A stretch of 64,000 nt of DNA from a virus (lineage: Duplodnaviria; Caudoviricetes). Below, piece after piece: positions 20,863 to 31,500 of the stretch. The number at the start of each line of letters is the position of its first letter. Position 1 is the first letter of the stretch. The notes beneath the pieces were generated by a model, which was not told the DNA's origin, did not search any database, and saw only the letters and a program-made list of their open reading frames with translations. The DNA lies in the IMG/VR virus record IMGVR_UViG_3300033067_001807, positions 17,498 through 81,497 of that record. One strand, given 5' to 3'. The position numbers and the translations under genes are program-made.

Positions 20863-21672
20863 TTATAGTAGGGAATCTAGTTTTGCTTGTAACTTTTTTA
20901 AGGTCTTTTGATAATCTACGATTGATTTTCTTTTCCATTCAATATTCATTTGTTTCCAAGAAGCAATTCTTTTAGCGATTCCATTATCACGCTCTGAATT
21001 ATAGAATGACTCGTCATTGTTGTAGTTTTTAGCAGCATCTCTACTTACAATTTCTTTCCATGTTGGCCATTCATGCCAAGACTCTCTAGGATTATCTTTA
21101 ATAGATTGAATGATTTCAGCATCAGTTAATTTAGAATTTGTTTCAGCATCTTCAGTTGCTCTTTTAATTCTAACTTCGTAGCTCTGAATTTCTTGGTTAA
21201 GTTTTTCAAGCTTAGACATTTTCTTAATCTTCTCAGAATATTCTTTTGAAATTTCACTGGCACCGGTTTTAGGGATATTTGTCTTAACAATATATCTATA
21301 GTGAAGTCTTTGGATGTTGTGACCACCTGCATAAATTGCTTCAGTTACAAAACTATATGTAGTTCCTTCTCTTTGGATTTGAGAAGATATTTCAATATTT
21401 CCTTTAGCACTTTTACTAACATTAAGAGAAAGTAACAAATCAGTGGGTTGTGTATATGCTTCAACTGCTTTAACCATATCAAAGATTAAATTTAATCTTG
21501 CCATTTCTCTGTCATATTTAGTAAACTCCTGTTTAAATGTTTCAGTAAACCATTTTTCGGTAGCTGCTAACATTTCTACAATAGTAGGTTCCATCGAATC
21601 CAAAATAACATTTACAATATTATTTTGTTTGGATTCATTAACGAATTGATTATATGTTTTAAATTTACTCAT
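20863..21672 (-). CDS. Putative internal head protein (capsid-targeting N-terminus)
   Basis: MSKFKTYNQFVNES resembles the T4 internal protein CTS MKTYQEFIAE; lies behind an early-type promoter. Confidence 0.55.
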   Translation of the reverse strand: MSKFKTYNQFVNESKQNNIVNVILDSMEPTIVEMLAATEKWFTETFKQEFTKYDREMARLNLIFDMVKAVEAYTQPTDLLLSLNVSKSAKGNIEISSQIQREGTTYSFVTEAIYAGGHNIQRLHYRYIVKTNIPKTGASEISKEYSEKIKKMSKLEKLNQEIQSYEVRIKRATEDAETNSKLTDAEIIQSIKDNPRESWHEWPTWKEIVSRDAAKNYNNDESFYNSERDNGIAKRIASWKQMNIEWKRKSIVDYQKTLKKLQAKLDSLL

Positions 21673-21685
21673 AATATATTTATCT

Positions 21686-21764
21686 GTTTAATTATAGTGT
21701 AAATATAAACAAAAAACCCGAGACTAAAAAATCTCGGGTAAATTATTTCAAAAAGTTATTAACG
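21686..21764 (-). promoter_or_regulatory. Terminator plus early-promoter cassette
   Basis: Minus strand: GTTAATAAC box, CCCGAGA/TCTCGGG hairpin with T6, then TATATTTACACTATAATTAAAC. Confidence 0.7.
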
Positions 21765-21765
21765 C

Positions 21766-22956
21766 CTATAGTTTCAAGAAAACTTTTCTAGTGTCAACAT
21801 CTATTCTTGTGATTTGAACGGTAATTGGGCTGTTTTTTGTAAGTGAATCTAATTCTATTCCTTCAGGTAATTCTGAGATATGCAATAATCCTACAATTCC
21901 ATCCCCAATGTCAACAAATACTCCATAATCTTTAACAGATTTAATTGTACCTGTAACTTCTACTGGAAAAGATTTATACTTTCCTGCAACTTCTTTCCAT
22001 GGATCTATGGTTTCAGTATATTCGATTTGCGTTAATGTAATTTTAGTATCACTAATAATCTCTTTAACTTTAAATTCAATTACATCACCTGGATTAATTT
22101 CTCTCGCTTTGTGTTTTTTAGCCATTTCAGGAGATAAATCGTTGGCATGAATCATACCAGTTAAACATCCATCAAACTCAACAAATACACCATATTTGGC
22201 AGAACCTGTAACATTTCCAGTTTTTGTTTCTCCAATACTATTTTTAAGCTCTTCAACTTTACTTGGAATCATCGCCTGTAAATATTTTCTATGCGATACA
22301 ATGACGGTTCCTCTTTCCGGTGAGTAACTCATAGGCACAACATACATTTGTGTATTTAAAATAGATTCAAACTCTGCAAGTTTATTAATTCCTGCAAGTG
22401 AACCTGGCATGAAACAATCGATACCTTGTACATTTACAAAATAACCTCCATTTGGAATCATTCCAGTCACGGTTCCAATATATGCAGTATTTTGATTTTC
22501 AGCAGATGCTAATATTTCTTTAAGTATTGCAGCTTTAATTCCAGCTTCAACCGAACCTAAAATAAATCCTTTATTGTTTCTACCTGTTGTAATTTCAACA
22601 TCTACCCTTTGGCCTGGTATTAATTTAGCCTTTGAAATAACTGACTCTCTTGACATATTTACATATATCATTTCTTTGTGTCCAATATCGATTGAAGCCC
22701 ATTCTTGGTCAACTGAATATACAGTTCCATTATGCGTTTCTCCGGCATTTACAGAATATACTAAGTTTGCATCTGTTAATACGTTTTCCATTAGGTCATA
22801 AAGTTCTTGAGCATACGGCTCTCTTGAATATACTTTATGTCCACCCTTTGTTTTTACGTGTGGATTCGATTTTCTACTTATTGATGGGCAATCAGATACA
22901 TAAGCATCCCAATCAAATTTTGGATTTCCATCAATTGTAATTGTGTTTTTTGACAT
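21766..22956 (-). CDS. rpsA: Ribosomal protein bS1 homologue (about four S1 domains)
   Basis: S1 repeats GGYFVNVQGIDCFMPGS, KYGVFVEFDGCLTGMIHANDL, DYGVFVDIGDGIVGLLHISEL. Confidence 0.85.
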   Translation of the reverse strand: MSKNTITIDGNPKFDWDAYVSDCPSISRKSNPHVKTKGGHKVYSREPYAQELYDLMENVLTDANLVYSVNAGETHNGTVYSVDQEWASIDIGHKEMIYVNMSRESVISKAKLIPGQRVDVEITTGRNNKGFILGSVEAGIKAAILKEILASAENQNTAYIGTVTGMIPNGGYFVNVQGIDCFMPGSLAGINKLAEFESILNTQMYVVPMSYSPERGTVIVSHRKYLQAMIPSKVEELKNSIGETKTGNVTGSAKYGVFVEFDGCLTGMIHANDLSPEMAKKHKAREINPGDVIEFKVKEIISDTKITLTQIEYTETIDPWKEVAGKYKSFPVEVTGTIKSVKDYGVFVDIGDGIVGLLHISELPEGIELDSLTKNSPITVQITRIDVDTRKVFLKL

Positions 22957-22989
22957 TTTTTTTTAGTTTAAGTGTTAATATTAATAGTT

Positions 22990-22998
22990 TATATATAC
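22990..22998 (-). promoter_or_regulatory. Putative late promoter
   Basis: GTATATATA upstream of the S1 gene. Confidence 0.4.
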
Positions 22999-23004
22999 GT
23001 TTTA

Positions 23005-24666
23005 TTAGAATGTAGTTGGACTTATACCTACCATTGGAATTGGAGGTCCAGTTGGAACAATAAATCCACCTAGATATAAAAATTTAACCGAAAGTAGATG
23101 TTTTGCACACGATACTGAAACTGCAGAAGCGACTGCCTTTGACGCAACTGGGGTAAGCGGTTGTCTTTTAAATTTTTTACCTGTGTTCCATGCTCTTCTT
23201 AAATCGTTTGCTAATGATTTTTTATTTCCATACGATATTGGAGTATATTTACCGCCTAGCGGAGGTATTGAAGTGCATGGTGATATTGGAGGTCCCGGTT
23301 TAAATGGTTGTATAGAACAACTTTTCCAATAATCAATAATGGCTTGAGCCATTACGTCATATCCATCGCCACTGTATGATTCCTCTTCAGTATTTCCAGT
23401 CATCGAATTACCCCATTTTCGTAAAAGGTCATACCATTTATTTTTTTCTTTAAGGTACTCATCAATTTTTCTTTTGTTTCTTTTCACTTCCTCCTTTTCA
23501 AATCTCTTTGGATCGAGCTTTGATAAAATAGATTGTATTGAAACTTTGCTGTCTCCATATCCGTCCATTTTTTTATCAATAGACTTAAAATATACAAACT
23601 TGCAAATATCTGCGGCTGTTAACCATTCAGGTATTTTTGCCTTATCATCGATGTGTTCCTCTTGAAATATGTAATTATTAATTGGATTAATCTGACCAGC
23701 TGGAAGTGCTTTTATTTTTTTATAATCTCCGTCCTTTACTCCAAGTAATTCAAACACCCTTGTTTGAACCTTTTTACCAAATCCTTTTTCATATCCAATG
23801 TCAAGTCTATCAACCCATTCTCTGTATGAATCCGATCCGTCATTTTGATAAACAACTCGCATCGCTATATTGTTTATTCTTTCCTCTTCTGTCATTCTAG
23901 GTATTGAAACTCTTTGCTCTTTCGAGGTGAAAGGATCCTTGATTTCATCAATTACCTCAACTCCACTTGACTTTATTTCTAGGGTTATCGATTTGTTTAT
24001 CTCTTTTAATAAAATATCATCAGGTCCGTAAACCGCTTTAAAATTATAAATATATGTGCCTTCGGTAATAGGTGCAAGTACGTTTAAAACATCATCTGAT
24101 GCAATCTGGATAGGCTGGTCTTCACCATTAATAGAATATAAGAATTTATAATCGATTCCCTCAGTAAATCCCGAGATACTCATGGTAATGTATTTTTCAG
24201 GTTCTCCTGGTTTAGAAGTCTCTTCTAATAAATTAAAATCAATTTCGCCATTTAAAGTAGATGGCTCTTCAATCGGGCATGTTGATTGAAAGAATGGGTA
24301 AAATATAAACTTTTCAAGATTATCTTTATTTTTTTCAGTCCATTTTTCAAGTTCACAATAAGTATCGAAGTTGATGTTTGGGGCTGGTGCCTTTTCGAAT
24401 AGGTCTGCGTATTTTGAATCTGAAAATTTACTTTCAAATTCTATACTCTCTTCATTATAAATTTTATTGAATGCCTTTTTAAAACCTTCTTCAAGAACTG
24501 ATTTTTGTCCAGGCTGATGAATATTGCCAAATATAGTTTGTGAAGTTTTTACACTATTAAAATACTCATTAGCTAAAAATACAGCAAATTCGTCTATGCT
24601 AGATGCACTCAAGCTTGACAATTTTGTAGATACTTTATTAATGAATATTGGCCACTGTGCCGGCAT
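23005..24666 (-). CDS. Hypothetical virion protein downstream of the gp5-like gene
   Basis: 553-aa ORF in the baseplate hub module with a late-type motif at 24685-24692. Confidence 0.5.
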   Translation of the reverse strand: MPAQWPIFINKVSTKLSSLSASSIDEFAVFLANEYFNSVKTSQTIFGNIHQPGQKSVLEEGFKKAFNKIYNEESIEFESKFSDSKYADLFEKAPAPNINFDTYCELEKWTEKNKDNLEKFIFYPFFQSTCPIEEPSTLNGEIDFNLLEETSKPGEPEKYITMSISGFTEGIDYKFLYSINGEDQPIQIASDDVLNVLAPITEGTYIYNFKAVYGPDDILLKEINKSITLEIKSSGVEVIDEIKDPFTSKEQRVSIPRMTEEERINNIAMRVVYQNDGSDSYREWVDRLDIGYEKGFGKKVQTRVFELLGVKDGDYKKIKALPAGQINPINNYIFQEEHIDDKAKIPEWLTAADICKFVYFKSIDKKMDGYGDSKVSIQSILSKLDPKRFEKEEVKRNKRKIDEYLKEKNKWYDLLRKWGNSMTGNTEEESYSGDGYDVMAQAIIDYWKSCSIQPFKPGPPISPCTSIPPLGGKYTPISYGNKKSLANDLRRAWNTGKKFKRQPLTPVASKAVASAVSVSCAKHLLSVKFLYLGGFIVPTGPPIPMVGISPTTF

Positions 24667-24692
24667 AATACGTGTTTTAGAAATTATATATC

Positions 24693-25412
24693 CTATTTAC
24701 CTTTTTGCTGATAATCTTTATGAGATGATTTTAGACTGCTAACAGTTGAAGGTGTTGCTGCAGCAGGAGGCCCTGAAGGTCCAACTCCAGTTGGATGAAA
24801 ATGGTTTTTATAATCATCAAGCAATTTATTCAACCATTTTTCTAATGATACTCCACGAACAGCTGGTTCCGATTCATCTTCACTACCCTCTCCAGTGTTA
24901 CTTAAAAATATGTTTCCTGAATCAAGGAATATCTTTTCATTACTGGATATTTTAATAAATCCAGCTTCATCAATTTGAATTAAAGGTCTTTCCTTTGCTC
25001 CACTTCCTCTTGTAATTACAAGTCCGTCCTCCGGTGAGTGATAGATTCTAATGTTTCTTACCTCATCATATACCAGTGAAACAACATCATGTGCTGCGCC
25101 TGATGCTTCTAAAATGTCCTGTTTTAATGATTTACTTTGATTAATCTGAAACCAATACTCCGGGTGGTATATGTTACCGTTATCAAAACGTACCGCCACG
25201 ATTGTACCGATATTTGGGGTGTGATGTGCACCTACAAAATCTCGATTCATTGGAGTTGCCCATGGAATAGCATCATTTGGTAATTTATCAAATTTACCAA
25301 AAACTTTAATGCGGCATCTTCCAAGAAATTTAGGGTCGGCATTATCCACAACCTCACCGATCCAGTGGGTTTCCCTAATATTATCTTTGTCTAATTCTTT
25401 ATCTGTTGCCAT
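24693..25412 (-). CDS. Baseplate hub/spike protein (gp5/VgrG OB-fold N-terminus)
   Basis: WIGEVVDNADPKFLGRCRIKVFG...IPWATP...GTIVAVRFDNGNIYHPEY; C-terminal HFHPTGVGPSGPP. Confidence 0.85.
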   Translation of the reverse strand: MATDKELDKDNIRETHWIGEVVDNADPKFLGRCRIKVFGKFDKLPNDAIPWATPMNRDFVGAHHTPNIGTIVAVRFDNGNIYHPEYWFQINQSKSLKQDILEASGAAHDVVSLVYDEVRNIRIYHSPEDGLVITRGSGAKERPLIQIDEAGFIKISSNEKIFLDSGNIFLSNTGEGSEDESEPAVRGVSLEKWLNKLLDDYKNHFHPTGVGPSGPPAAATPSTVSSLKSSHKDYQQKGK

Positions 25413-26617
25413 TAACTATATGCGTTTCCTAGGTTTCTTACTCCATTTTCTGCTGCAGTATTTAGTCCATTTACTATTGAAGAGCCTGCAAAATTACCAT
25501 GTACATTTGCCTGTATATTATTACCAATATTTCTACGTTGTTGCGTTATGTCAGTTGCATTATCAACATTTCTTACGAAATTTGAAAATACATTCTCGAA
25601 TGATGGAATTCTATTAACAGTCTGTGTTCTAAGCTCTTGTGCCAACTCTCTTTTTTTGTCTTCTGCAAGTCCCTTTAAGGCAGTTTTTCCTCTTTCCTGT
25701 GCTTCAGTTAATCTACCATTTAATTTATCTTTAGCAAATTCCAATGGAGTTTTGATTGATGCATCAAATGATTCCGAATCAGGTGCAGGTGCTAAATAAT
25801 TTTTAGTATGTTCCAATTCTTCAATTATTCCATTAAGTACTCTAGCCTCTATTTTTACAAAACTTTGATAGTTAATTGTAATATTATTTGTTGCAGCGCT
25901 TTCTGGATTTTTTGAAAGGTCGCTAAATATCGCAGTACCTGTCATCATATCAAATTCACAGTGCTTAATTCCAACCATAAAATAAGGCCTTCCATCTTCT
26001 CCCATGATTGCAGCATTTTTATTTTTAGTATCGATAGTTGGTTTAAAGTTGTCTGGAAATTTTGTAAATGCATCTCTATCAATTCCGTTTACCTTTGTTT
26101 CAGTTTCTACTTGTATACTTCTAACCTCAGTGACATAAACATACATTGCAAATTTTCTTAAATTTGTTGGTAATATGTAACCCCATCTTCTACTATCAAA
26201 TACTCCTTCTCTATATAAGTGCATAAGACCAGCGATTGGTAGGTTTAATGATTCTAATGTTTCAATTTCTATTTTGGCGTCATCACCTCCAAAGAACGGT
26301 TCTGCCGGATCTCTTTGAAAAAGACGTTCAAGTCCTTTCAATGATTGCCAGTACCATGGCATTTCATTGTTAATCGTTAGCAAAGCATTTTTAAATGCAA
26401 CAAAGCTTACATAGGCATCTTTGTAAAATGTATCTTTACTGTTAGGTGAGTCTGCTAATTTTTTTAAATATTCTTCAGCGGGACCCGCAAGTAAAGGGGA
26501 AAGTTCTGGATTAAATACGTCAAATAATATTGCAAAGGACAAGTATGTAGGATCCTGATATGGATATTTTTTAATTGAGCCTTTACGGAAATCCGATATG
26601 TTTTTAAAATCTGACAT
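25412..26617 (-). CDS. Baseplate/tail-tube-related protein (tentative)
   Basis: Sits between the hub and gp5-like genes with a TAATG overlap. Confidence 0.4.
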   Translation of the reverse strand: MSDFKNISDFRKGSIKKYPYQDPTYLSFAILFDVFNPELSPLLAGPAEEYLKKLADSPNSKDTFYKDAYVSFVAFKNALLTINNEMPWYWQSLKGLERLFQRDPAEPFFGGDDAKIEIETLESLNLPIAGLMHLYREGVFDSRRWGYILPTNLRKFAMYVYVTEVRSIQVETETKVNGIDRDAFTKFPDNFKPTIDTKNKNAAIMGEDGRPYFMVGIKHCEFDMMTGTAIFSDLSKNPESAATNNITINYQSFVKIEARVLNGIIEELEHTKNYLAPAPDSESFDASIKTPLEFAKDKLNGRLTEAQERGKTALKGLAEDKKRELAQELRTQTVNRIPSFENVFSNFVRNVDNATDITQQRRNIGNNIQANVHGNFAGSSIVNGLNTAAENGVRNLGNAYS

Positions 26618-26629
26618 ATATTATATATA

Positions 26630-28132
26630 TTATTTATTAGAAGAACCAACAGTATCTTCATCTATGTTATTGACTCTACTTGGCCACTCTCTTCTAAGTA
26701 AATTTAATTTTTGGCCAACACTGTCGTCACCTGCCTTATACGTATATTGAATTCCCCCAACAACGTAATAACCTGTTAAAAATTCATCAACAGCGTATAC
26801 TGAAGGATCTGACAGATATGAATCTTCTATTTTCTCAGCTTCAAACCCATCCTTAGTCTTTTTATCTTTAAGAATTTGATCTGCTTTCATTATATCTCTA
26901 TTATTAGTATAAATAACAATAGGAATTTTATGGTATCTATGGATTGCAGGATTAAATGTCAGTAGTTCAATATCAAGTGACATCTTTTTTACCTCGTCAA
27001 TATTTTGTGAATTTGCAATTGCAGCATACTCATAATTTAAATGTGTATTAGAAGTTTCAGGGTCGCCTGATTTTCTACCTACATATTTATATTTTATTTC
27101 ATTTTTGTATCTATCCTCATCTCTTCTACCCTTTAAAGGTTCTTCAATGTCTTTCATTTTTTTACTTGCTAGCGGTTCAATATCGTGTGAAACCAACCCT
27201 TCATCAGAATCATTTTCATAGTATTGTAAAACACGCTTATATCCATTCTTTTTATTTGAAGCTCCTGCCTTATTCTTTAATGATTGTGAAACAATAAATC
27301 TATTTGTTCCATTATCTCTTTTATGATTTGAAAGAACTAATGGAAGTTCTGCCTGATTTGGGGAATCTCCGACCTTGGCAGAAGGCATGTCTGTTAAATC
27401 CATACCAAATGCAAGTTTGGCGTCCTCTAATGTTTCTTCAGAGTCAAGCAACTTATTTAAATTTACATAATTTAAATAATAATATGGGTCAATACTAAAG
27501 GTTTGAAAACTGTCATCATCTATATATGAATGTCTCACAAGATCCTCTAATGTATCGTACATTGAATTAAATGGCACTACCAGATTCATTGAATCATCAG
27601 TTGAATCTATGTTTGTTGCCACTCCCAATTTCAGGTCATTTGCTATTTTTTCAATATGGTCTAATGAGGTACCTACTCCATATGATTTACAATCTTCTGA
27701 GTATAATCCTGGAATTTTAACCCTTCCCATCAATACATATTTTCCTCCTTTGATTGAAGATCTTTGATTAGGAGTTTCTACATATATAATATCGAAATCC
27801 ATTCTTATTTCCTTATATGACGTTTTATCAAGAGTACCCATTCTTAAATTAATAACGTCTCCATCCCTTGGAAATGTATCAACACTAAATTGCCCTCTAG
27901 TATCAATAAGAGTAAGTTCAATAATCGGAAGAGTTCCAGTGCAATCTAAATTCATTTTAGCAATGTCATCCATTGAAAATTCATATCGATTTATCATTAC
28001 AACAAGAAGCATACCTTTACTTTGAATTGCCTTGTCATTTCCTTCATTTTCGCCAAACGATTCAAATACCAATTTATCTGTCTTGATAGTTGGCTCAGTT
28101 ATTGTAAGTATGTGGTTATTTATTGATGCCAT
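26630..28132 (-). CDS. Baseplate hub protein (gp27-like, tentative)
   Basis: Synteny gp53-hub-gp5; size and beta-rich pattern. Confidence 0.5.
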   Translation of the reverse strand: MASINNHILTITEPTIKTDKLVFESFGENEGNDKAIQSKGMLLVVMINRYEFSMDDIAKMNLDCTGTLPIIELTLIDTRGQFSVDTFPRDGDVINLRMGTLDKTSYKEIRMDFDIIYVETPNQRSSIKGGKYVLMGRVKIPGLYSEDCKSYGVGTSLDHIEKIANDLKLGVATNIDSTDDSMNLVVPFNSMYDTLEDLVRHSYIDDDSFQTFSIDPYYYLNYVNLNKLLDSEETLEDAKLAFGMDLTDMPSAKVGDSPNQAELPLVLSNHKRDNGTNRFIVSQSLKNKAGASNKKNGYKRVLQYYENDSDEGLVSHDIEPLASKKMKDIEEPLKGRRDEDRYKNEIKYKYVGRKSGDPETSNTHLNYEYAAIANSQNIDEVKKMSLDIELLTFNPAIHRYHKIPIVIYTNNRDIMKADQILKDKKTKDGFEAEKIEDSYLSDPSVYAVDEFLTGYYVVGGIQYTYKAGDDSVGQKLNLLRREWPSRVNNIDEDTVGSSNK

Positions 28133-28140
28133 GTATTTTA

Positions 28141-28641
28141 TTAAATAGTAATTGTACCGTTTCCTATTGCAATGTGATTTTCACCCTCCTTAAGAACATT
28201 AGGCGGCAATATTTGTCTTGAACCATTCGCCTTCTGTGCTGCCTTTCTTTGTAAATATTCAATTCTTTTGGCGTCCTTAACTGGAAGTCTTTTAGTGTCA
28301 ATAAATTGATCCCTAATTGAAGGTTCATTAATCGAACGTTCAACAAATTTAATAGGTTTGACAATATTAAGAACTGACATATTCTGAGGAATAAGCAAAA
28401 CATCTCCAACATTTATTGAAAATGGATTTGATATATTATTCCATTTTAATATGTAGTCACAATAGTTTGCATCACTATAATATTTTAATGAAATTAAATC
28501 TATTCTGCCTATCTCGTATTCGGTCACAATATGTTCAGCGACAGTTTCCGTTAATGTAGAAAATACTACAGTAGGTTCTGTCATAATAACTTTAGTATTA
28601 TCAGTTGAAAGTTTCTTTTTTTCTAATGTTGTAAATTTCAT
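28141..28641 (-). CDS. Baseplate wedge gp53/LysM-like protein
   Basis: EHIVTEYEIGRIDLISLKYYSDANYCDYILKWNNISNPFSINVGDVLLIP. Confidence 0.8.
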   Translation of the reverse strand: MKFTTLEKKKLSTDNTKVIMTEPTVVFSTLTETVAEHIVTEYEIGRIDLISLKYYSDANYCDYILKWNNISNPFSINVGDVLLIPQNMSVLNIVKPIKFVERSINEPSIRDQFIDTKRLPVKDAKRIEYLQRKAAQKANGSRQILPPNVLKEGENHIAIGNGTITI

Positions 28642-30464
28642 TATCCGTTACTTAATTTTCTAAATACATTGACAAATGAATCCTTAGTAGGTTTTCCAAC
28701 GTCTTTATTTCCATATGCGCTTACATCAACTGTTTTGTTAATGTCTGCGACATCATCAGGCTGTACATAAAATCTTCCTCTACCTGTATTAAACATTGAT
28801 TCGATTTCTGCTTTATCTCTAGGTCTACCTGGTTTTAATTTAATAACCGCGACCATTCTTTCTGGAAAGTCATGTATTGTATTTGCTCCTTCAAATGTAA
28901 TCTCACAATCTTCCATTACAAGATTTCCAATTACGGCAATAGGATTTAATGGATTTCCAACCGTTAGATGCCATTGCCCAGTAGGGTCTCCTGTTAATAA
29001 AGACTGAACTGCCTGTCCTCCCTGTGGAGTATTAAATAGGTCCATTAACTGTCCACCTATTAAGTTATTTAAAAATTTATTATTTGCAAGATTTTTATAA
29101 TTTGCAGGATCTAAAATACCTTTAAACGCATTTCCCATATCACTCACAATAGAACCTAAAAATCCCCCATAATCACCTGCCCTAAGTTTTCCAAGATCTC
29201 CTAATGGTTTAGCAACAGATCCATCACTAATATATCGAACGCTTCCTCCCCAAAATGGAGCATTATTGTATGTAAGCGCTAATAAATTTGCAAGCTGGTC
29301 TAGCATCATTATCTTTGGATTTACTCCTTCAAAGCTTTTAAGTTCATATTCAAATTTCAAAGTAAATGCTTGCTCAAATTTAAGCCCAGAGTCTCGAACT
29401 ACCATGTCTTTTATCACATTCAATGGTCCAAATACATGATTTGGATATGTATTTGAGAATGAGTCATAATCTGCATTTTGTTTATTTGCGTTTGCTGAGA
29501 CTGCATCTCTACCTGATGCAGCATTCGCGGCTGCAGAAAGAAACATATTACCTTCAACAATACTACCAAATTTTCCACTAGCAGCACCTTGTTTAGATTG
29601 TAAGGTTTGAACCTCTGCGCTGGCGTCTTTATAATTAAATCCATGTGAAAATTTTAAAATTTCAGTAAGTGGATTTCCAGGACTTTCTCCTAACCAAGTA
29701 ACTGCTCTTGCAATATCAGGCTGTTGGATTGGGACCATTGTAGTACCGGCTTTATCTAATCCAGTAGGTGTTATAATATCATCAGTACATGGATACGCGA
29801 ATCGCCTTAACGTAATTAACATGCTATTTGGAATCTTTCCAAAAAAACGCGTTAGGGCAAAATCAGAATACTGATATCTATACGCATAATTATTTTCAAT
29901 CCCTCCTGTTATTTCAATAATTTGAGAAGCAGTTGGATTAATTAAACTGTTTGGATCTATTTTTCTATATCTTTCATTTGCGCGCGAATTTTCCCCTGCG
30001 CCAGAAGATTCAAATCCATTTTTATTAATATCTAATGGATTTCCTCTATAATTAATTAATGAGTATTTATTAAATGCAGAGTATGGTCGAGGACCAACAC
30101 TAATTTTCTTTCCTTTATTTACACCAGCTTGTGTGGAAGTATACGTTTCGGAATCAAATGCATTAACATAATACTTTGAATTTTCAGTATCAATAATAGA
30201 AAAAGATGAATCTGTTACCATAGATCTTGCCTTAGTCTGATCTGGTGCATTTAAGGATTTTAATCCTTTATCTTTAGTTTTTCTTTTACCCGGAGTATTA
30301 GTTGGATCCTCTCCATCCACATTATATCCAGTAACACTTTTTACTGCGCTAATAAATCCTTTGCCTAATCCTGTGGTTTTTGCATATTCAAAGCCTGATC
30401 TGGTTTTTGCAGCAGTAGATTCTGCTAGTTTTTCAAAATAACCCTTTTCGGTACTATCCGCCAT
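28641..30464 (-). CDS. Baseplate tail-tube cap/initiator-like protein (gp48/gp54-like, tentative)
   Basis: C-terminal WHLTVGNPLNPIAVIGNLVMEDCEITF...DFPERMVAVIKLKP is tube-fold-like; coupled to the gp53-like gene. Confidence 0.45.
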   Translation of the reverse strand: MADSTEKGYFEKLAESTAAKTRSGFEYAKTTGLGKGFISAVKSVTGYNVDGEDPTNTPGKRKTKDKGLKSLNAPDQTKARSMVTDSSFSIIDTENSKYYVNAFDSETYTSTQAGVNKGKKISVGPRPYSAFNKYSLINYRGNPLDINKNGFESSGAGENSRANERYRKIDPNSLINPTASQIIEITGGIENNYAYRYQYSDFALTRFFGKIPNSMLITLRRFAYPCTDDIITPTGLDKAGTTMVPIQQPDIARAVTWLGESPGNPLTEILKFSHGFNYKDASAEVQTLQSKQGAASGKFGSIVEGNMFLSAAANAASGRDAVSANANKQNADYDSFSNTYPNHVFGPLNVIKDMVVRDSGLKFEQAFTLKFEYELKSFEGVNPKIMMLDQLANLLALTYNNAPFWGGSVRYISDGSVAKPLGDLGKLRAGDYGGFLGSIVSDMGNAFKGILDPANYKNLANNKFLNNLIGGQLMDLFNTPQGGQAVQSLLTGDPTGQWHLTVGNPLNPIAVIGNLVMEDCEITFEGANTIHDFPERMVAVIKLKPGRPRDKAEIESMFNTGRGRFYVQPDDVADINKTVDVSAYGNKDVGKPTKDSFVNVFRKLSNG

Positions 30465-30471
30465 TCCTATT

Positions 30472-30501
30472 TTAGATATATTTGTTTTGTTATATATCTA
30501 A
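30472..30501. promoter_or_regulatory. 10-bp inverted repeat containing a late-type promoter
   Basis: TTAGATATAT (30472-30481) pairs with ATATATCTAA (30492-30501); ATG at 30464. Confidence 0.6.
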
Positions 30502-30511
30502 GTCTTTGATT

Positions 30512-31099
30512 TTACGTTAAACGATCAAGTTCAATCGATTTAGGTCTAAATAGTAGTTTGTCAAAATAGTCAGGTGAAGTGCCTGCCCTATCACCAAGAA
30601 ACTTCTTGATGTGCGCCTGAAACACCCCTTTACTTCCATAGTAGTAACTACCCTTAGAATATGTGTTTCGTGTGGTTAATTCATATAAATCCTTGATAGT
30701 CTTTTCAATAAAAAAATCTTGTATATTATTATATAATTCGATTACTTCTCCATACGTTCTAACACACATCACAGAATCAACAACAACCATATAAGTTTCC
30801 CATTTAGATTCTATATAATTTTGAAATTCTTTAACAGTTGCAAATTTTTGCCTAGATATTTTAAAAGTAGTAAGAGCTCCTTCAAAATTTCTATCAAATT
30901 TCATATCGAACATATATCTTTTTAAAAAGTCAATATCATCATAAAACCTGGTAATACGAATTTGATATCTTGGCATTTTGTCATTAAACTCAACATCATG
31001 AATAATGGCGCGAACCGGAAAAACAATATTGTTATACCGATTGTTTGCGATCAATACATGGATATGTTCTCCTTTTGAAAATAATTTATGTCTAATCAT
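30512..31099 (-). CDS. Hypothetical protein
   Basis: 195-aa ORF overlapping its neighbour by 4 nt. Confidence 0.7.
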   Translation of the reverse strand: MIRHKLFSKGEHIHVLIANNRYNNIVFPVRAIIHDVEFNDKMPRYQIRITRFYDDIDFLKRYMFDMKFDRNFEGALTTFKISRQKFATVKEFQNYIESKWETYMVVVDSVMCVRTYGEVIELYNNIQDFFIEKTIKDLYELTTRNTYSKGSYYYGSKGVFQAHIKKFLGDRAGTSPDYFDKLLFRPKSIELDRLT

Positions 31100-31500
31100 T
31101 TTTTAATAATATTAACATGTTCAAATAAATTTGCGATTCTCGCATCTACATTTACATTATTATGTATTATCGTTAATATGATTACTTGCTCTCTAGTGGA
31201 TTGAGAGTCTATTAATCTTTTAAAATTTGTTACAACTTCAAATTCAAGATTTTTAAATAGATAAATTACACGACTAACATCTGTATTATCTATATGAAGC
31301 TGTCGTGTAATTTCAGATACTATTGTTAATCCAACAACTGAATCACTTGGCTCTTGGCCATAGGGATCTGCCTTAATAAGTTTATTTTTTATTGAAGCAT
31401 GGTCAATCACTTTAGTTGACACTTTATCAATATCTTTTATAAACTTATTAAATTCTCGTCTCGATGGACACCATACACATTCAATTGTTAAGTTATTCAT
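31096..31500 (-). CDS. Hypothetical protein
   Basis: Tightly packed ORF. Confidence 0.7.
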   Translation of the reverse strand: MNNLTIECVWCPSRREFNKFIKDIDKVSTKVIDHASIKNKLIKADPYGQEPSDSVVGLTIVSEITRQLHIDNTDVSRVIYLFKNLEFEVVTNFKRLIDSQSTREQVIILTIIHNNVNVDARIANLFEHVNIIKK

